A stretch of DNA of 64,000 bases from an uncultured Pseudomonadales bacterium (lineage in GTDB: Bacteria; Patescibacteriota; Microgenomatia; UBA1400; UBA12028), in assembly GCA_964635905.1 (NCBI GenBank), contig CAZWPK010000001.1, positions 288,293 to 352,292 of the forward strand. Reading direction: 5' to 3'. The notes beneath the pieces were generated by a model that saw only the letters and a list, made by a program, of their open reading frames with translations, ran no database searches and was not told the origin of the DNA. The translations under genes and the position numbers were made by a program. The first letter of the stretch is position 1; each line of letters begins with the position of its first letter. This document shows positions 50,433 to 59,789 of the stretch, piece by piece.

Positions 50433-51959
50433 ATGGCGTATTTTTCTAACAACACAACAATGTCTACTCTGGTTTCCATGAGTTCCGCGTTACGAGACAT
50501 TAGTTCCGCGATTAGCTTACTACTTTGGGACCAAGAGACGTATTTAGCTCCCAAGGGGGCGTCTATTCGAGCAACACAACTGGAGACATTGTCTGGCATC
50601 TATCATGAAAAAGCGACCCGCAAACAACTCGAAAAAGCTATTCGCAGTGCCCAAGAAGAACTTGCCAAGAATCCGGAAGCCTTTTCAATCCATGACAAAG
50701 CCCTTATTAAAGAGATGTGGCGAGATTACACTTTAGCCTCCAAGCTTCCTCGTTCCCTGGTTACGAAACTATCCAAGCATGCTTCATTAGGTCTGGAAGC
50801 ATGGAAAACTGCACGAAGCCAGAATGATTTTTCAGTCTTTGAATCAGAATTATCAACCATGGTGGAGCTCAAACGGAGCGTGGCAGAATACATTGGTTAC
50901 GAGCAGTCTCCCTACGATGCATTGCTAGATGAGTATGAAGAAGGACTAACGAAACAGTCCGTAGAGTCAGTATTCTCCGTACTTAAACCTCAATTGGTAT
51001 CCCGAATTCCAGTTCTTGTAGAACAAACACGAAACTACGATACGTCCCTGTTTCATCAGTCTTTTGATGAAGATACGTTATGGAACTTTACATTAGACGT
51101 TTTAGATCAAATCGGATTTGATCGGGAAGCTGGTCGCCAAGATCAGTCGACACACCCCTTTACCATGGGGTTGCACCCCACGGATGTGCGTTTAACAACC
51201 CGTGTATTATCCCATAACCCTCTCTCAACACTCCTCTCCACCATTCATGAAGCAGGTCATGGAATGTATGAGCAAGGAATTTCCCCAGAACTTGCAAATA
51301 CTGTACTCGGTCGTGCAGACTCTCTTGTCATCCACGAGTCGCAGTCACGGTTCTGGGAAAATATGATCGGAAAATCGCCGGAGTTTTGGCAATGGATCTT
51401 TCCCCGCTTTCAGAAAGCATTTCCAGAGCAGCTGTGTACTGCAAGCTGGCAATCAGCATTCAAAGAAGTAAACACCGTGAGTCCCTCGTTGATTCGTGTT
51501 GATGCGGATGAAGTGACCTATCATCTACACATCATCATCCGGTTTGAAATTGAGTCTGCGCTCATAGAAGGTCGTTTGAATGTCCGAGACGTCACAGCTG
51601 CATGGAATGAAAAATATCTGGAGTATCTTGGGATCGAAGTGCCTTCCGCTGCGATGGGGGCCCTACAAGACATTCACTGGTCGCAAGGGTTGATGGGGTA
51701 CTTTCCAACCTACTCCTTAGGAAGTTTACTTTCTGCACAGTTATATACTGCGATGCGCAGCGATCATCCAACTCTGCCAGAGTCCATTGCACGCGGAGCA
51801 TTTGAACAACCCAGAGCGTGGTTGCAAGAGAAAATCCATCACCATGGAAAGGTCTATTCTTCCAGTGAGGTGGCAACAAATGTCACGGGAAGTGCGGTCA
51901 CGGTACAACCATACCTGGACTATATTGATCAAAAATTTACGTTACTTGAGACACTGTAA
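50433..51959 (+). CDS. carboxypeptidase Taq (M32 family metallo-carboxypeptidase)
   Basis: HEAGHGMYEQG (HExxH), the M32 HPF motif (STHPFTMGL), and the DIHWS and GYFPTY motifs are all present. The length is 508 aa. Confidence 0.85.
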   Translation: MAYFSNNTTMSTLVSMSSALRDISSAISLLLWDQETYLAPKGASIRATQLETLSGIYHEKATRKQLEKAIRSAQEELAKNPEAFSIHDKALIKEMWRDYTLASKLPRSLVTKLSKHASLGLEAWKTARSQNDFSVFESELSTMVELKRSVAEYIGYEQSPYDALLDEYEEGLTKQSVESVFSVLKPQLVSRIPVLVEQTRNYDTSLFHQSFDEDTLWNFTLDVLDQIGFDREAGRQDQSTHPFTMGLHPTDVRLTTRVLSHNPLSTLLSTIHEAGHGMYEQGISPELANTVLGRADSLVIHESQSRFWENMIGKSPEFWQWIFPRFQKAFPEQLCTASWQSAFKEVNTVSPSLIRVDADEVTYHLHIIIRFEIESALIEGRLNVRDVTAAWNEKYLEYLGIEVPSAAMGALQDIHWSQGLMGYFPTYSLGSLLSAQLYTAMRSDHPTLPESIARGAFEQPRAWLQEKIHHHGKVYSSSEVATNVTGSAVTVQPYLDYIDQKFTLLETL

Positions 51960-52127
51960 TAAGGATGAATACAGTACAATCTGCCAGAGATCAATCTCAG
52001 CTGGCTGGACTATGTATAACTGTTTCAGTTGTTTGGATTTGTAGAAATTTCATTGTGAATGTTTTGCACTGATCGAAAGATCGTTAAGTAGGGGTGTGTG
52101 AAGGATGTTCGAACCTATTTGATGAAA

Positions 52128-52721
52128 TCAAAAAGTCTCGTTCCCTACTTGTTTCCGTCTTACGATTAGCAGAAGTCCAAAAAGACCATTGCCAAAAATC
52201 CAAGCAATCGGATAAAGTGCGGTCGGAATTGTATACATTTGTAATGCAAATGCAGCTAGTATAAATCGTACAGTGTTCAATAGATAAAAAGAGAGTGTTT
52301 CTGTATACGGCTTATTCCATGACTTACGGATGGTGGGAGCGAAACCTAGCAAATCAGTAGTTGTCGCAAGAATTGCAGAGATGAGAGGTTGCTTTGCAAT
52401 CAACCAAAAGCCGAGAGCAATGAAGGCAAGGATAAAAAACATTGTATCTGTGGTTGAAATATCCTTTTTCCCTTTTCTGGTCAAGCCTATGATGCATACC
52501 ACTGTGCAAAGTAGTGCAGCAGCCAGTGTAACATATGCTCCTGCCCCAGCACCCGAGCTAAATTGGACTCCAAATGCAATGAAAGTTACGAATCCCCAAA
52601 GAAACCAACTATAAACGTGAGGAATTGTTTTTCCTTTAAATACGTCTCTGATATATGGAACGTATCCTACAAAAGTCAAAATTACAGCAATGGCTCCAAT
52701 AACATTTTTGAGATTATCCAT
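52128..52721 (-). CDS. hypothetical polytopic membrane protein
   Basis: 197 aa with 5-6 transmembrane segments. Confidence 0.4.
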   Translation of the reverse strand: MDNLKNVIGAIAVILTFVGYVPYIRDVFKGKTIPHVYSWFLWGFVTFIAFGVQFSSGAGAGAYVTLAAALLCTVVCIIGLTRKGKKDISTTDTMFFILAFIALGFWLIAKQPLISAILATTTDLLGFAPTIRKSWNKPYTETLSFYLLNTVRFILAAFALQMYTIPTALYPIAWIFGNGLFGLLLIVRRKQVGNETF

Positions 52722-52850
52722 GATTAGCAGTATATCAGGAGTTTATACGAACAATAAGCGAAGCATGGATTGACGGAGGATGTTCGAACCTACCTTAGAT
52801 TATTCACGAGCACATATGCCCTGAACTAATGAGAACCTACGACATTTCGC

Positions 52851-53639
52851 TTATAGTGCCAAGAGAATGAAAAGTGCAAATGCAAAACGATAGAGAACAA
52901 AGGGCAAGTATCCTAGACGTTTCACACTTCTTCGCAAAAACGAAATACTGACTATGGCACAGCCAAAAGCAACGAGTGCAGCAAGCAGTGTCATCTCCAC
53001 AATGCCTGGTTCTAGTACTGTCCCCTGTAGTTTAATCATCTCGTAGAGACCCGCAAGTAAGAGTGCGGGGATACTCAGAAGGAACGAATACTCCAATGCT
53101 TGTGAGAGATTCATTCCCTGGACCATTCCTCCAGCTGCAGTAATCCCTGACCTAGAGGTACCTGGAATTAGTGAAATTGTTTGAAATAATCCCATGATAA
53201 ACAGCTGTTTGGCTCCCACAACCTTATCAGATTTGCCAGCCATTCGCTCGGCAATTAAAAGAAAGATTCCGACAATCACCGACATGAAGGCAATTAGGAC
53301 GAAATGAGAATGAAAGAGTGAGACAGTATCCTTGAGAAGGAACCCGATAATTACTATCGGGATAGAGCCGATCCCAAGTTGCACAAGTCGAGAATCTTTT
53401 AGCCGACCAGGTTTTGATACGGAAGCAAAAAATTCGATAACGATGGATTTAAGTACTGAGAATTCGGAGACGATTAATCCAGCAATGGCACCAAGTTGCA
53501 CAATCACGGTGAAGAATTCTGATGGATCCGAAATTCCAAGCAAGCGCTGAGCTACAAGCAAATGTGCTGTGCTAGAGACGGGAAGAAACTCTGTAACCCC
53601 TTCAATGAATCCTAAGAGAATGGCTTGCAGTAGTGTCAT
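52851..53639 (-). CDS. uppP: undecaprenyl-diphosphatase
   Basis: The N-terminus AILLGFIEGVTEFLPVSSTAHL is the BacA/UppP signature. The length is 262 aa. Confidence 0.85.
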   Translation of the reverse strand: MTLLQAILLGFIEGVTEFLPVSSTAHLLVAQRLLGISDPSEFFTVIVQLGAIAGLIVSEFSVLKSIVIEFFASVSKPGRLKDSRLVQLGIGSIPIVIIGFLLKDTVSLFHSHFVLIAFMSVIVGIFLLIAERMAGKSDKVVGAKQLFIMGLFQTISLIPGTSRSGITAAGGMVQGMNLSQALEYSFLLSIPALLLAGLYEMIKLQGTVLEPGIVEMTLLAALVAFGCAIVSISFLRRSVKRLGYLPFVLYRFAFALFILLAL

Positions 53640-53727
53640 AGACTGACATTGTACCTGATACAGTGCTGCTTTTGATACTTCCTCACTTTAATCGAGATCT
53701 CTTGAACGTAGCTGGCAATAGTTTCTG

Positions 53728-54714
53728 CTAATTGTTCGCTTGGAGTAAGCTTCGGTAGGTGTCATACGCTACTGTCGGATTTCCGTTCTTGTCTAAGAAT
53801 GAGAATGGGGCGAATGTTCCAGGTGCTCCTTGCAAGAGAAACGGAGTAACCGCTACGATGCGCTCATCTTTTTGCCATATCTGTTCATACGCTTGTTTAA
53901 AGTACGCACGAAAGCGTGTGTTGGTTAATGCTTGCTGATTCCAACCAGTTTCCGTGATATAGACCGGAAATTCTTTTTGCGTGTACTTTTTGATAAACAC
54001 CAGTTCATGTTCGTATCCGCGAAGACTCATTTTGTCCGTACGATTCGGACTACTTGCGAATGCAGGATTGGGATAGGAATGGGAGTTCCAGCCATCAAAC
54101 TTTTCCAATAGATACGGCTCATGGGTTAAGGCTTCTTGCCAATAGCTAAAAGCTTCTTTGGTTCCGTTATGCCCATCAGCAGCCAAGTCCATGGCAGCGG
54201 GAAGCACGGTATAGGTTTTGGATTCTGTTTTAAACCAGTCTGCAGTAAAGGCACTAATGCTAGCATAGGAGGTTGGGTCGATTGTCCCACCCCATTCTTT
54301 TGCATGGTTGGGTTCATTAAAGGCGATGATGGTTAGTTCCGGACGATGCCATTCCAGTAACGTTAGAAATCGAGCCATGCTCACAATATTTGCACGGGTA
54401 GGAACCACCCAATTCCCATTCTCAAAGCGTGTGGTAAGTCGAACAATCGGACGGATTTTCAAGCGGTGGCACTCGGCAAAAAATGTCTTCCATTCTTCCT
54501 TTTTATCAAGGTCTGCTAAGGTAAATGGAACGGTCACAAATTTATCTTTGTCATCGCCGTTTTCAAGCAATGCGTCCGCTTTTCCAAGCTCAGCCGGGTT
54601 TAGGATATGGATCCCTAAAATCTCACCCCGAGCTTGTACAGGCATCACAACAACTCTATCCATCACCACGATGAATATACTCGAGAAGAGTAGAAGAGAT
54701 AGGAGTCGTTTCAT
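53728..54714 (-). CDS. secreted glycoside hydrolase, clan GH-A (GH5-like)
   Basis: A signal peptide is present. The conserved NEP acid/base motif (IIAFNEPNH) and a nucleophile-type ITETGW motif indicate a TIM-barrel glycosidase. Confidence 0.5.
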   Translation of the reverse strand: MKRLLSLLLFSSIFIVVMDRVVVMPVQARGEILGIHILNPAELGKADALLENGDDKDKFVTVPFTLADLDKKEEWKTFFAECHRLKIRPIVRLTTRFENGNWVVPTRANIVSMARFLTLLEWHRPELTIIAFNEPNHAKEWGGTIDPTSYASISAFTADWFKTESKTYTVLPAAMDLAADGHNGTKEAFSYWQEALTHEPYLLEKFDGWNSHSYPNPAFASSPNRTDKMSLRGYEHELVFIKKYTQKEFPVYITETGWNQQALTNTRFRAYFKQAYEQIWQKDERIVAVTPFLLQGAPGTFAPFSFLDKNGNPTVAYDTYRSLLQANN

Positions 54715-54813
54715 CCTACCTTCTATTTTACCCTACCAAGGCAACAAAATGGGTAATAACCCGTGAAAAGACGAGATAGGATGTTTTTCTAAATACCAGA
54801 AACTGACTTTTAT

Positions 54814-55788
54814 TTAGGCCAATCCTAGCAAGGTCCGTACTTCTAGTATAGTCGCTTCTGCGATTGCACTAGCCTTCTCAATACCCTGCGCAATCACAGC
54901 GTCAACAAAGTCGGAATCTGCTGTTAATGCCCTTCTTTTTTCCTGAAATGGAGCAAGCTGCGCAAAGATTGCCTGAGCAATGGTGTCTTTGAGTTCGACA
55001 AACTTTAAGGTTCCATCTTGGTATGCCTGTTCAAATGGCGCAACTTTTTCTGGTGCAAGCAATTCTAGGAAGGTAAATAAGGTTTGCAATCCTACCGATT
55101 TTTCTCCTCCCGCTTGTGTTGCTGTGGGAACTGCACGAATCTTTTTGACAATCGTGTCTAAATCATCGGTTAAATTAATGTAACTTCCTTCGACCGATTT
55201 GCTCATCTTCCCTTCTCCTGTCAGTGAAGGAATGTATTCTCCTGTCGTCTTAAAACTTTTTGGTTCTGGGAAGGACGTGCCGTAATCTTGATTCATTCGG
55301 CGCGCAATTTCGCGTGTAACTTCCAAATGGGGTTCTTGATCAATTCCAACGGGGACTAGCTGCGCTTTATACGCAAGAATGTCAGCTGCCATCAAAATGG
55401 GATAGTTTAATAGCGCCATGGTCGCATGATCCGGATGTTGTTTCACCTTATCCTTAAATGTTGGTAGGTGTTGCATCTTTGCAATGGTAGTCACAGAACT
55501 AAAATAGAACGCAAGTTCCAAATGGGCGTTGACTGCAGACTGCTGAAAAAGAATGGAGCGCTTGGGATCCAGTCCTGCGGCAAGGTAATCAACAATCACT
55601 TCTCTGCGATTGGTACGTAGTTCTTCTACATTATAAGGAGTTGTGAGGGTATGCACATCGGCAACCATAAACAATGTTTCAAACTCCGACTTTTCTTGAA
55701 GCTCCAGCATGCCTTTGACTGCCCCTAAGTAGTTTCCTAAATGGAGTTTTCCAGTGGCACGAATGCCTGCTAATACGCGTTGTTTCAT
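54814..55788 (-). CDS. trpS: tryptophan--tRNA ligase
   Basis: A HIGH-type motif (HLGN) and KMSKS are present. It is class I with a Rossmann fold. The length is 324 aa. Confidence 0.9.
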   Translation of the reverse strand: MKQRVLAGIRATGKLHLGNYLGAVKGMLELQEKSEFETLFMVADVHTLTTPYNVEELRTNRREVIVDYLAAGLDPKRSILFQQSAVNAHLELAFYFSSVTTIAKMQHLPTFKDKVKQHPDHATMALLNYPILMAADILAYKAQLVPVGIDQEPHLEVTREIARRMNQDYGTSFPEPKSFKTTGEYIPSLTGEGKMSKSVEGSYINLTDDLDTIVKKIRAVPTATQAGGEKSVGLQTLFTFLELLAPEKVAPFEQAYQDGTLKFVELKDTIAQAIFAQLAPFQEKRRALTADSDFVDAVIAQGIEKASAIAEATILEVRTLLGLA

Positions 55789-55813
55789 AACTCTCCTTTA
55801 TTGTTAGCTTCTA

Positions 55814-56101
55814 TCATAACGTTTGCTTGTGCGTTGCACTAGAATGGTGGTACCAAAGATCCTCCACACTGAGTGAAGAAATGCGCAGTGAATGGTGTTT
55901 GAGTTTGTGTGCCAACATGTTTAATTCACGCACACTCAAAAAGGTATCCGTTAATACCACCTTCACTAGTACCACTGTTTTCCCCACCTTCCCGATCCGA
56001 TCCGTAATCGTACCAACGGCATCTTTTACTTTTTGTTCATCTAGTCCAACGACCAACTGAGGATTTTCAGTCCGTAGTTTCTGTTCGATTTCTTGTTTCA
56101 T
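55814..56101 (-). CDS. hypothetical protein
   Basis: A 95-aa ORF downstream of trpS with no recognisable motif. Confidence 0.3.
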   Translation of the reverse strand: MKQEIEQKLRTENPQLVVGLDEQKVKDAVGTITDRIGKVGKTVVLVKVVLTDTFLSVRELNMLAHKLKHHSLRISSLSVEDLWYHHSSATHKQTL

Positions 56102-56511
56102 AGTTTCTCTCCAATACTTTCTACCTCGCTTTGATGCCTACACATGCAAAAAAGCCCTTGCGGGCACACCAGACGAATCCAATGTGTCCACAAGGGCCTT
56201 CTATATTTGGCGGTACCACCTTGCGCTCGTTTCCAATTACTTGAAAACGCTTTGTCCCGACTGTTTTCAATCTGAGCATTTCGGGTGCATTGTATAACGG
56301 CAATGAATCGTCCAAGACCGATAGCCTTGGCAGTGTATTTCAGGATTGAAATTCAAGAAGTCCCAACCGATTTCTTGATCACTTGTACCCGAAGTATATC
56401 GTCTTATGTGCGTCGAATCTAGTGGGAAACATTCGTATAAACACTGTTTGTCGAAACGTTTGCTTGGATAGCCTATTTTATCGTTTGTAGAGGAATAAAA
56501 CGTAAGGTTTG

Positions 56512-56585
56512 TGAGTCGGGCGAGATTCGAACTCGCGACATTCTGCTTAAGAGGCAGACGCTCTAACCAGCTGAGCTACCGACCC
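56512..56585 (-). tRNA. tRNA-Lys (anticodon CTT)
   Basis: The acceptor stem is GGGTCGG/CCGACTC, the D-arm GCTC..GAGC, the anticodon loop CTCTTAA and the T-loop TTCGAAT. Confidence 0.8.
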
Positions 56586-56629
56586 AATACCATCAGATGG
56601 ATATTTTATCACTTCTTACGGGTTTGTCG

Positions 56630-58045
56630 TTAGTCTCTACGACGGAATAGAGTGTAATTTAAAATTGCTTCGTTAACGCGTTTGGGATACCAATAGAACC
56701 GTTGCTTGGTGTCGGAATACCCTCGCTGCGTCTTGATTAGTCGGGCTAATTCAACCCTGGAAGCATTGATGGTTTTGTAGGTTACTACGTTTCCACTGAT
56801 TGAAGGAATTTGTTCAGGAACCGTAACAATTCGACGTACTTCGTAAAAGATTTGTGTGGAGCTGCCAGGCAAGTTTCCCCAAGGCATTTCACTTACTACA
56901 GAGAAAACGGTATTTAGCTGCTGTCGGACATTTTCTACTTCTTTAGGATTTGTTTGTTGTTCAAATTCAGTTAGTCGTAATTGTGCTGCATTGAGTGCTC
57001 GGCTTTCAGGACTCAAATGCATCCCATTTTGCAGCCCGTATCTGCGAATCAAAACATCATCCGGATTAACATGCAATTTTTGAGCTAACTGTGGAGATAA
57101 TGAAGCTGGATAGTGTACTAACAATTCTTGAAGCTCTTGAAGAGCAGATTCAAGTCTTCCTCCGGATATGTGGGAAAATATCGACTGGCGGATGTGTGAT
57201 ATATCTAGGTTGTTTTTTTTCATGTTGGAGGTTTTGAGGAATGCCACTGCAAACCACAAATCGCTTGCAAGTTGTTCTTGGAGTGGATATTGTTCGGATA
57301 AGAGCAGCTGAGTAAGCCCTGACATGCGTTGGTAGTAACCAATATAGAAACCTAAGCCAGCATCCTTATCCGTTCCAATTAGTTTACTTTGCCAATAACT
57401 GTTTTCTGAGCCTAGCGTAGATCCAATACCATTGGAGGATTGTTTAAAAGCTGAGATGAGCTGATTTGTCTGTGATGCGGCTTCCGACTGCATCATGATT
57501 AAAAATAGGATTGCTTTGTGTCTGTGCGAAAGATGTGCTGTTTTGGAGTCAACGTCCGAAGATAATTCTTTCCAGTGTAGTGCTCGAGGATCTCGAGTTG
57601 CTCCATGTCCGACCACCCCTAGAGCAACTGACATCATGATATGGCCTGGATTTAATGTTTTCTCTACGGCTTGGATAAACGGAGTTGCAAGAGCAGATGC
57701 CGATGTCGTCGCAAATTCAGCATTTGTAGCTGTATTGATTCGTTCTTGAAATGCTGTTGAATTCCAAACGGAATAAAGTGTTTGCTCTTGAATCGGAGGG
57801 ATTCGGGAGAACTTCCGATTTATATCCATTCGTTTCGCAAGTAATAGAAGACGAGACTGAATGCCCTTGACTCCAAGGGCGGAGTTTGAAGACTGATCTA
57901 GATCAAGTGCTTGAATCTGTTGATCAAGTTCTTGCAGTTCACTTGTCATCTGCTGGTGTTCGGGGCTAATTGGCATAACAACATCCCTACTTATCGAGGA
58001 GAAATTATAACATTTCAGTGTTTGCAAGCGAATTGCAGGGGGCAT
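56630..58045 (-). CDS. large hypothetical protein
   Basis: A 471-aa ORF. An alternative start is at MPISPEHQQ (57976). No recognisable domain was found. Confidence 0.45.
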   Translation of the reverse strand: MPPAIRLQTLKCYNFSSISRDVVMPISPEHQQMTSELQELDQQIQALDLDQSSNSALGVKGIQSRLLLLAKRMDINRKFSRIPPIQEQTLYSVWNSTAFQERINTATNAEFATTSASALATPFIQAVEKTLNPGHIMMSVALGVVGHGATRDPRALHWKELSSDVDSKTAHLSHRHKAILFLIMMQSEAASQTNQLISAFKQSSNGIGSTLGSENSYWQSKLIGTDKDAGLGFYIGYYQRMSGLTQLLLSEQYPLQEQLASDLWFAVAFLKTSNMKKNNLDISHIRQSIFSHISGGRLESALQELQELLVHYPASLSPQLAQKLHVNPDDVLIRRYGLQNGMHLSPESRALNAAQLRLTEFEQQTNPKEVENVRQQLNTVFSVVSEMPWGNLPGSSTQIFYEVRRIVTVPEQIPSISGNVVTYKTINASRVELARLIKTQRGYSDTKQRFYWYPKRVNEAILNYTLFRRRD

Positions 58046-58110
58046 TTAACATTTGATACAGTGGGGTGAGGGATTAAAATCTGCAGTAGCCATATCCTAG
58101 ATCAGACTCT

Positions 58111-58503
58111 ATGCCCAACTCCATCCAAGAAATCCGATACATAATCGTGGAAGATGATGAGAACTTTCGTCGGAAACTGATCGATGTGTTTTAGCCCCTC
58201 GGCTGGATCTTGGTTACACAACTGACAAGTAAATCTGAGGCTTTAAACTATCTTTCCTCAGATCAGTTCCCTACTGTTCAAGTGGCCTTCGTGGATGGGA
58301 ATCTGAGTCCAGAGTCCCAGGAAGAGTACGATGGGTATGGGGTCATCTCAAACTATAAAAAACAAAATCCAACTTTGATCTGTGTTGGAATTTCCAGTGA
58401 ATTTAACAAACCGTATGGAATTGATGGGTATCTAGGAAAAAATGATGTTGAAAACCAAGCACAACGTATTGATCAATTAGTTCGACAGAGACTTCGAACC
58501 TAA
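58111..58503 (+). pseudogene. CheY-like receiver-domain gene interrupted by in-frame TAG
   Basis: ATG at 58111 encodes MPNSIQEIRYIIVEDDENFRRKLIDVF, a receiver beta1-alpha1 with a conserved acidic pair. A TAG stop follows, then the same frame continues PLGWILVTQLTSKSEALNYLSS...VAFVDGNLSPES...LGKND to 58503. Confidence 0.45.
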
Positions 58504-58532
58504 TGTACACATCATATGATTCTTCACTTGAA

Positions 58533-58736
58533 TCATTTTGCTGCCTGAATCCCCTGCCAGTCTTGATAGGTTTTGTCCGGATTTGCATTCTTAAAATCAA
58601 TCCAAGGTTGGTTTAGATTGACGGTACCAGCCATATGACGATTTCCAGCCTCGTCAAGATAGGGACAGTTCTCACAGCCAGAGCCACAGCAGCAGCCTTG
58701 GGCAAGTAATGCATCGATTGGGGTTGCGTCATCCAT
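58533..58736 (-). CDS. small Cys-rich protein with oxidoreductase-like CCGSGCxxC motif
   Basis: 67 aa. GCCCGSGCENCPY matches the C-C-G-S-G-C-x-x-C signature of the oxidoreductase-like N-terminal domain family. Confidence 0.4.
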   Translation of the reverse strand: MDDATPIDALLAQGCCCGSGCENCPYLDEAGNRHMAGTVNLNQPWIDFKNANPDKTYQDWQGIQAAK

Positions 58737-58748
58737 AGGTTCTCCTTG

Positions 58749-59333
58749 TTACTTTGTTGTGTGGATCAGTTTGTGGACCAATTCTAAAATAGTCTGATCA
58801 GTTTGTATACCCTCGTCCTGGGTGAAGTGTCCGCGGTTGGGAAGGATGGTCACTGATGCATCCAGCGTTGATTGGAACAGTTCTGCATTCTGCAATGATA
58901 CATACGGATCTGTATCAGAGAAGAGTGCCTGAATCTTGTGGGTATGGGAGAGGATCTTTGCGTAATCAATCGGAGTATGGAGCCAAGGCTCGGCGATTCG
59001 TTGCTCTTCAGTCGAAAGATTCTGCAGTGCATACCACCCAGCCACAGATAGTACTCCCCCAACTTTTACCTTTTCTGGTAGGCGCTCAATGTAGCGTAAG
59101 ATGGCCTGTACCCCGACACTGTGACCAATATAAAAGGTAGAAGCGGTAGGCTTTGGAGTTATTGAAGCAATCGTTTCCACCCAGGATCCTATACTAGGAT
59201 GATTGGTATCTGGCATTGCAGGGATCTGGAGATGGATTTTCTGTTTGGAGAGTTCAGCCTGAAGCCAGGGATACCAGTCACTTTCTGGTGTTGCTCCCCA
59301 TCGATGAATGAGAACGAGAGTTGTTTTTGTCAT
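58749..59333 (-). CDS. alpha/beta-fold serine hydrolase (YdeN/RBBP9-like)
   Basis: The start was reassigned to MTKTTLVLIHRWG because the track ORF's 5' end overlaps tRNA-Arg. GHSVG is the nucleophile elbow and the C-terminal His sits in RGHF. Confidence 0.7.
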   Translation of the reverse strand: MTKTTLVLIHRWGATPESDWYPWLQAELSKQKIHLQIPAMPDTNHPSIGSWVETIASITPKPTASTFYIGHSVGVQAILRYIERLPEKVKVGGVLSVAGWYALQNLSTEEQRIAEPWLHTPIDYAKILSHTHKIQALFSDTDPYVSLQNAELFQSTLDASVTILPNRGHFTQDEGIQTDQTILELVHKLIHTTK

Positions 59334-59356
59334 GAAAAAGTAATGCAATCGTGCAG

Positions 59357-59430
59357 TGCGCCCAGAAAGATTCGAACTTTCGGCCTCTTGTTCCGAAGAC
59401 AAGCGCTCTATCCAGCTGAGCTATGGGCGC
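59357..59430 (-). tRNA. tRNA-Arg (anticodon TCG)
   Basis: The acceptor stem is GCGCCCA/TGGGCGC, the anticodon stem CTTGT/ACAAG and the loop CTTCGGA. Confidence 0.75.
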
Positions 59431-59441
59431 AAGGATCTGGG

Positions 59442-59515
59442 TGGTGGGAACAGGAGTCGAACCTGTGTCTCAGGTTTTTCAGACCTGCGCCTTGAACCGC
59501 GTTGACCATCCCACC
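59442..59515 (-). tRNA. tRNA-Phe-like (anticodon GAA) with atypical D-arm
   Basis: There is a perfect 7-bp acceptor stem (GGTGGGA/TCCCACC), an anticodon stem-loop CAGGT-CTGAAAA-ACCTG and a T-arm ACAGG-TTCGACT-CCTGT. The 19-nt D region GTCAACGCGGTTCAAGGCG could not be folded into a canonical D-stem. Confidence 0.45.
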
Positions 59516-59535
59516 AATGAGATGAAGTATTACTG

Positions 59536-59608
59536 TGGGCCCTGAGGGGCTCGAACCCCCGACCTACCGGATGTAAACCGGGCGCTCTACCAGCTGAGCT
59601 AAGAGCCC
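59536..59608 (-). tRNA. tRNA-Val (anticodon TAC)
   Basis: The acceptor stem is GGGCTCT/AGGGCCC, the D-arm GCTC-AGCTGGTA-GAGC and the anticodon loop TTTACAT. Confidence 0.8.
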
Positions 59609-59614
59609 TGATTG

Positions 59615-59696
59615 TGCCCAGGAGAGGACTTGAACCTCCAAGGATTGCTCCACACGCACCTCAAGCGTGCGCGTCTGCCAATTTCGCCACCTGGGC
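59615..59696 (-). tRNA. tRNA-Leu (anticodon GAG)
   Basis: The acceptor stem is GCCCAGG/CCTGGGC, the anticodon stem CACGC/GCGTG and the loop TTGAGGT. It has a long variable arm. Confidence 0.8.
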
Positions 59697-59789
59697 AATA
59701 AGAGGATATTATACGGATAGAAGACTTGTTTTGAAAGAGGAGGTCTGGAACACAAGACAGAGTTCAAGAAATTGCGCAATGGGATGATA

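Noticed and set aside
58111-58503. Stop-codon reassignment (TAG as sense) to explain the interrupted receiver gene
   Set aside because: TAG terminates dnaB and other conserved genes at the expected positions, so a genome-wide recoding of TAG is not supported. A local pseudogene or sequencing error is more likely.
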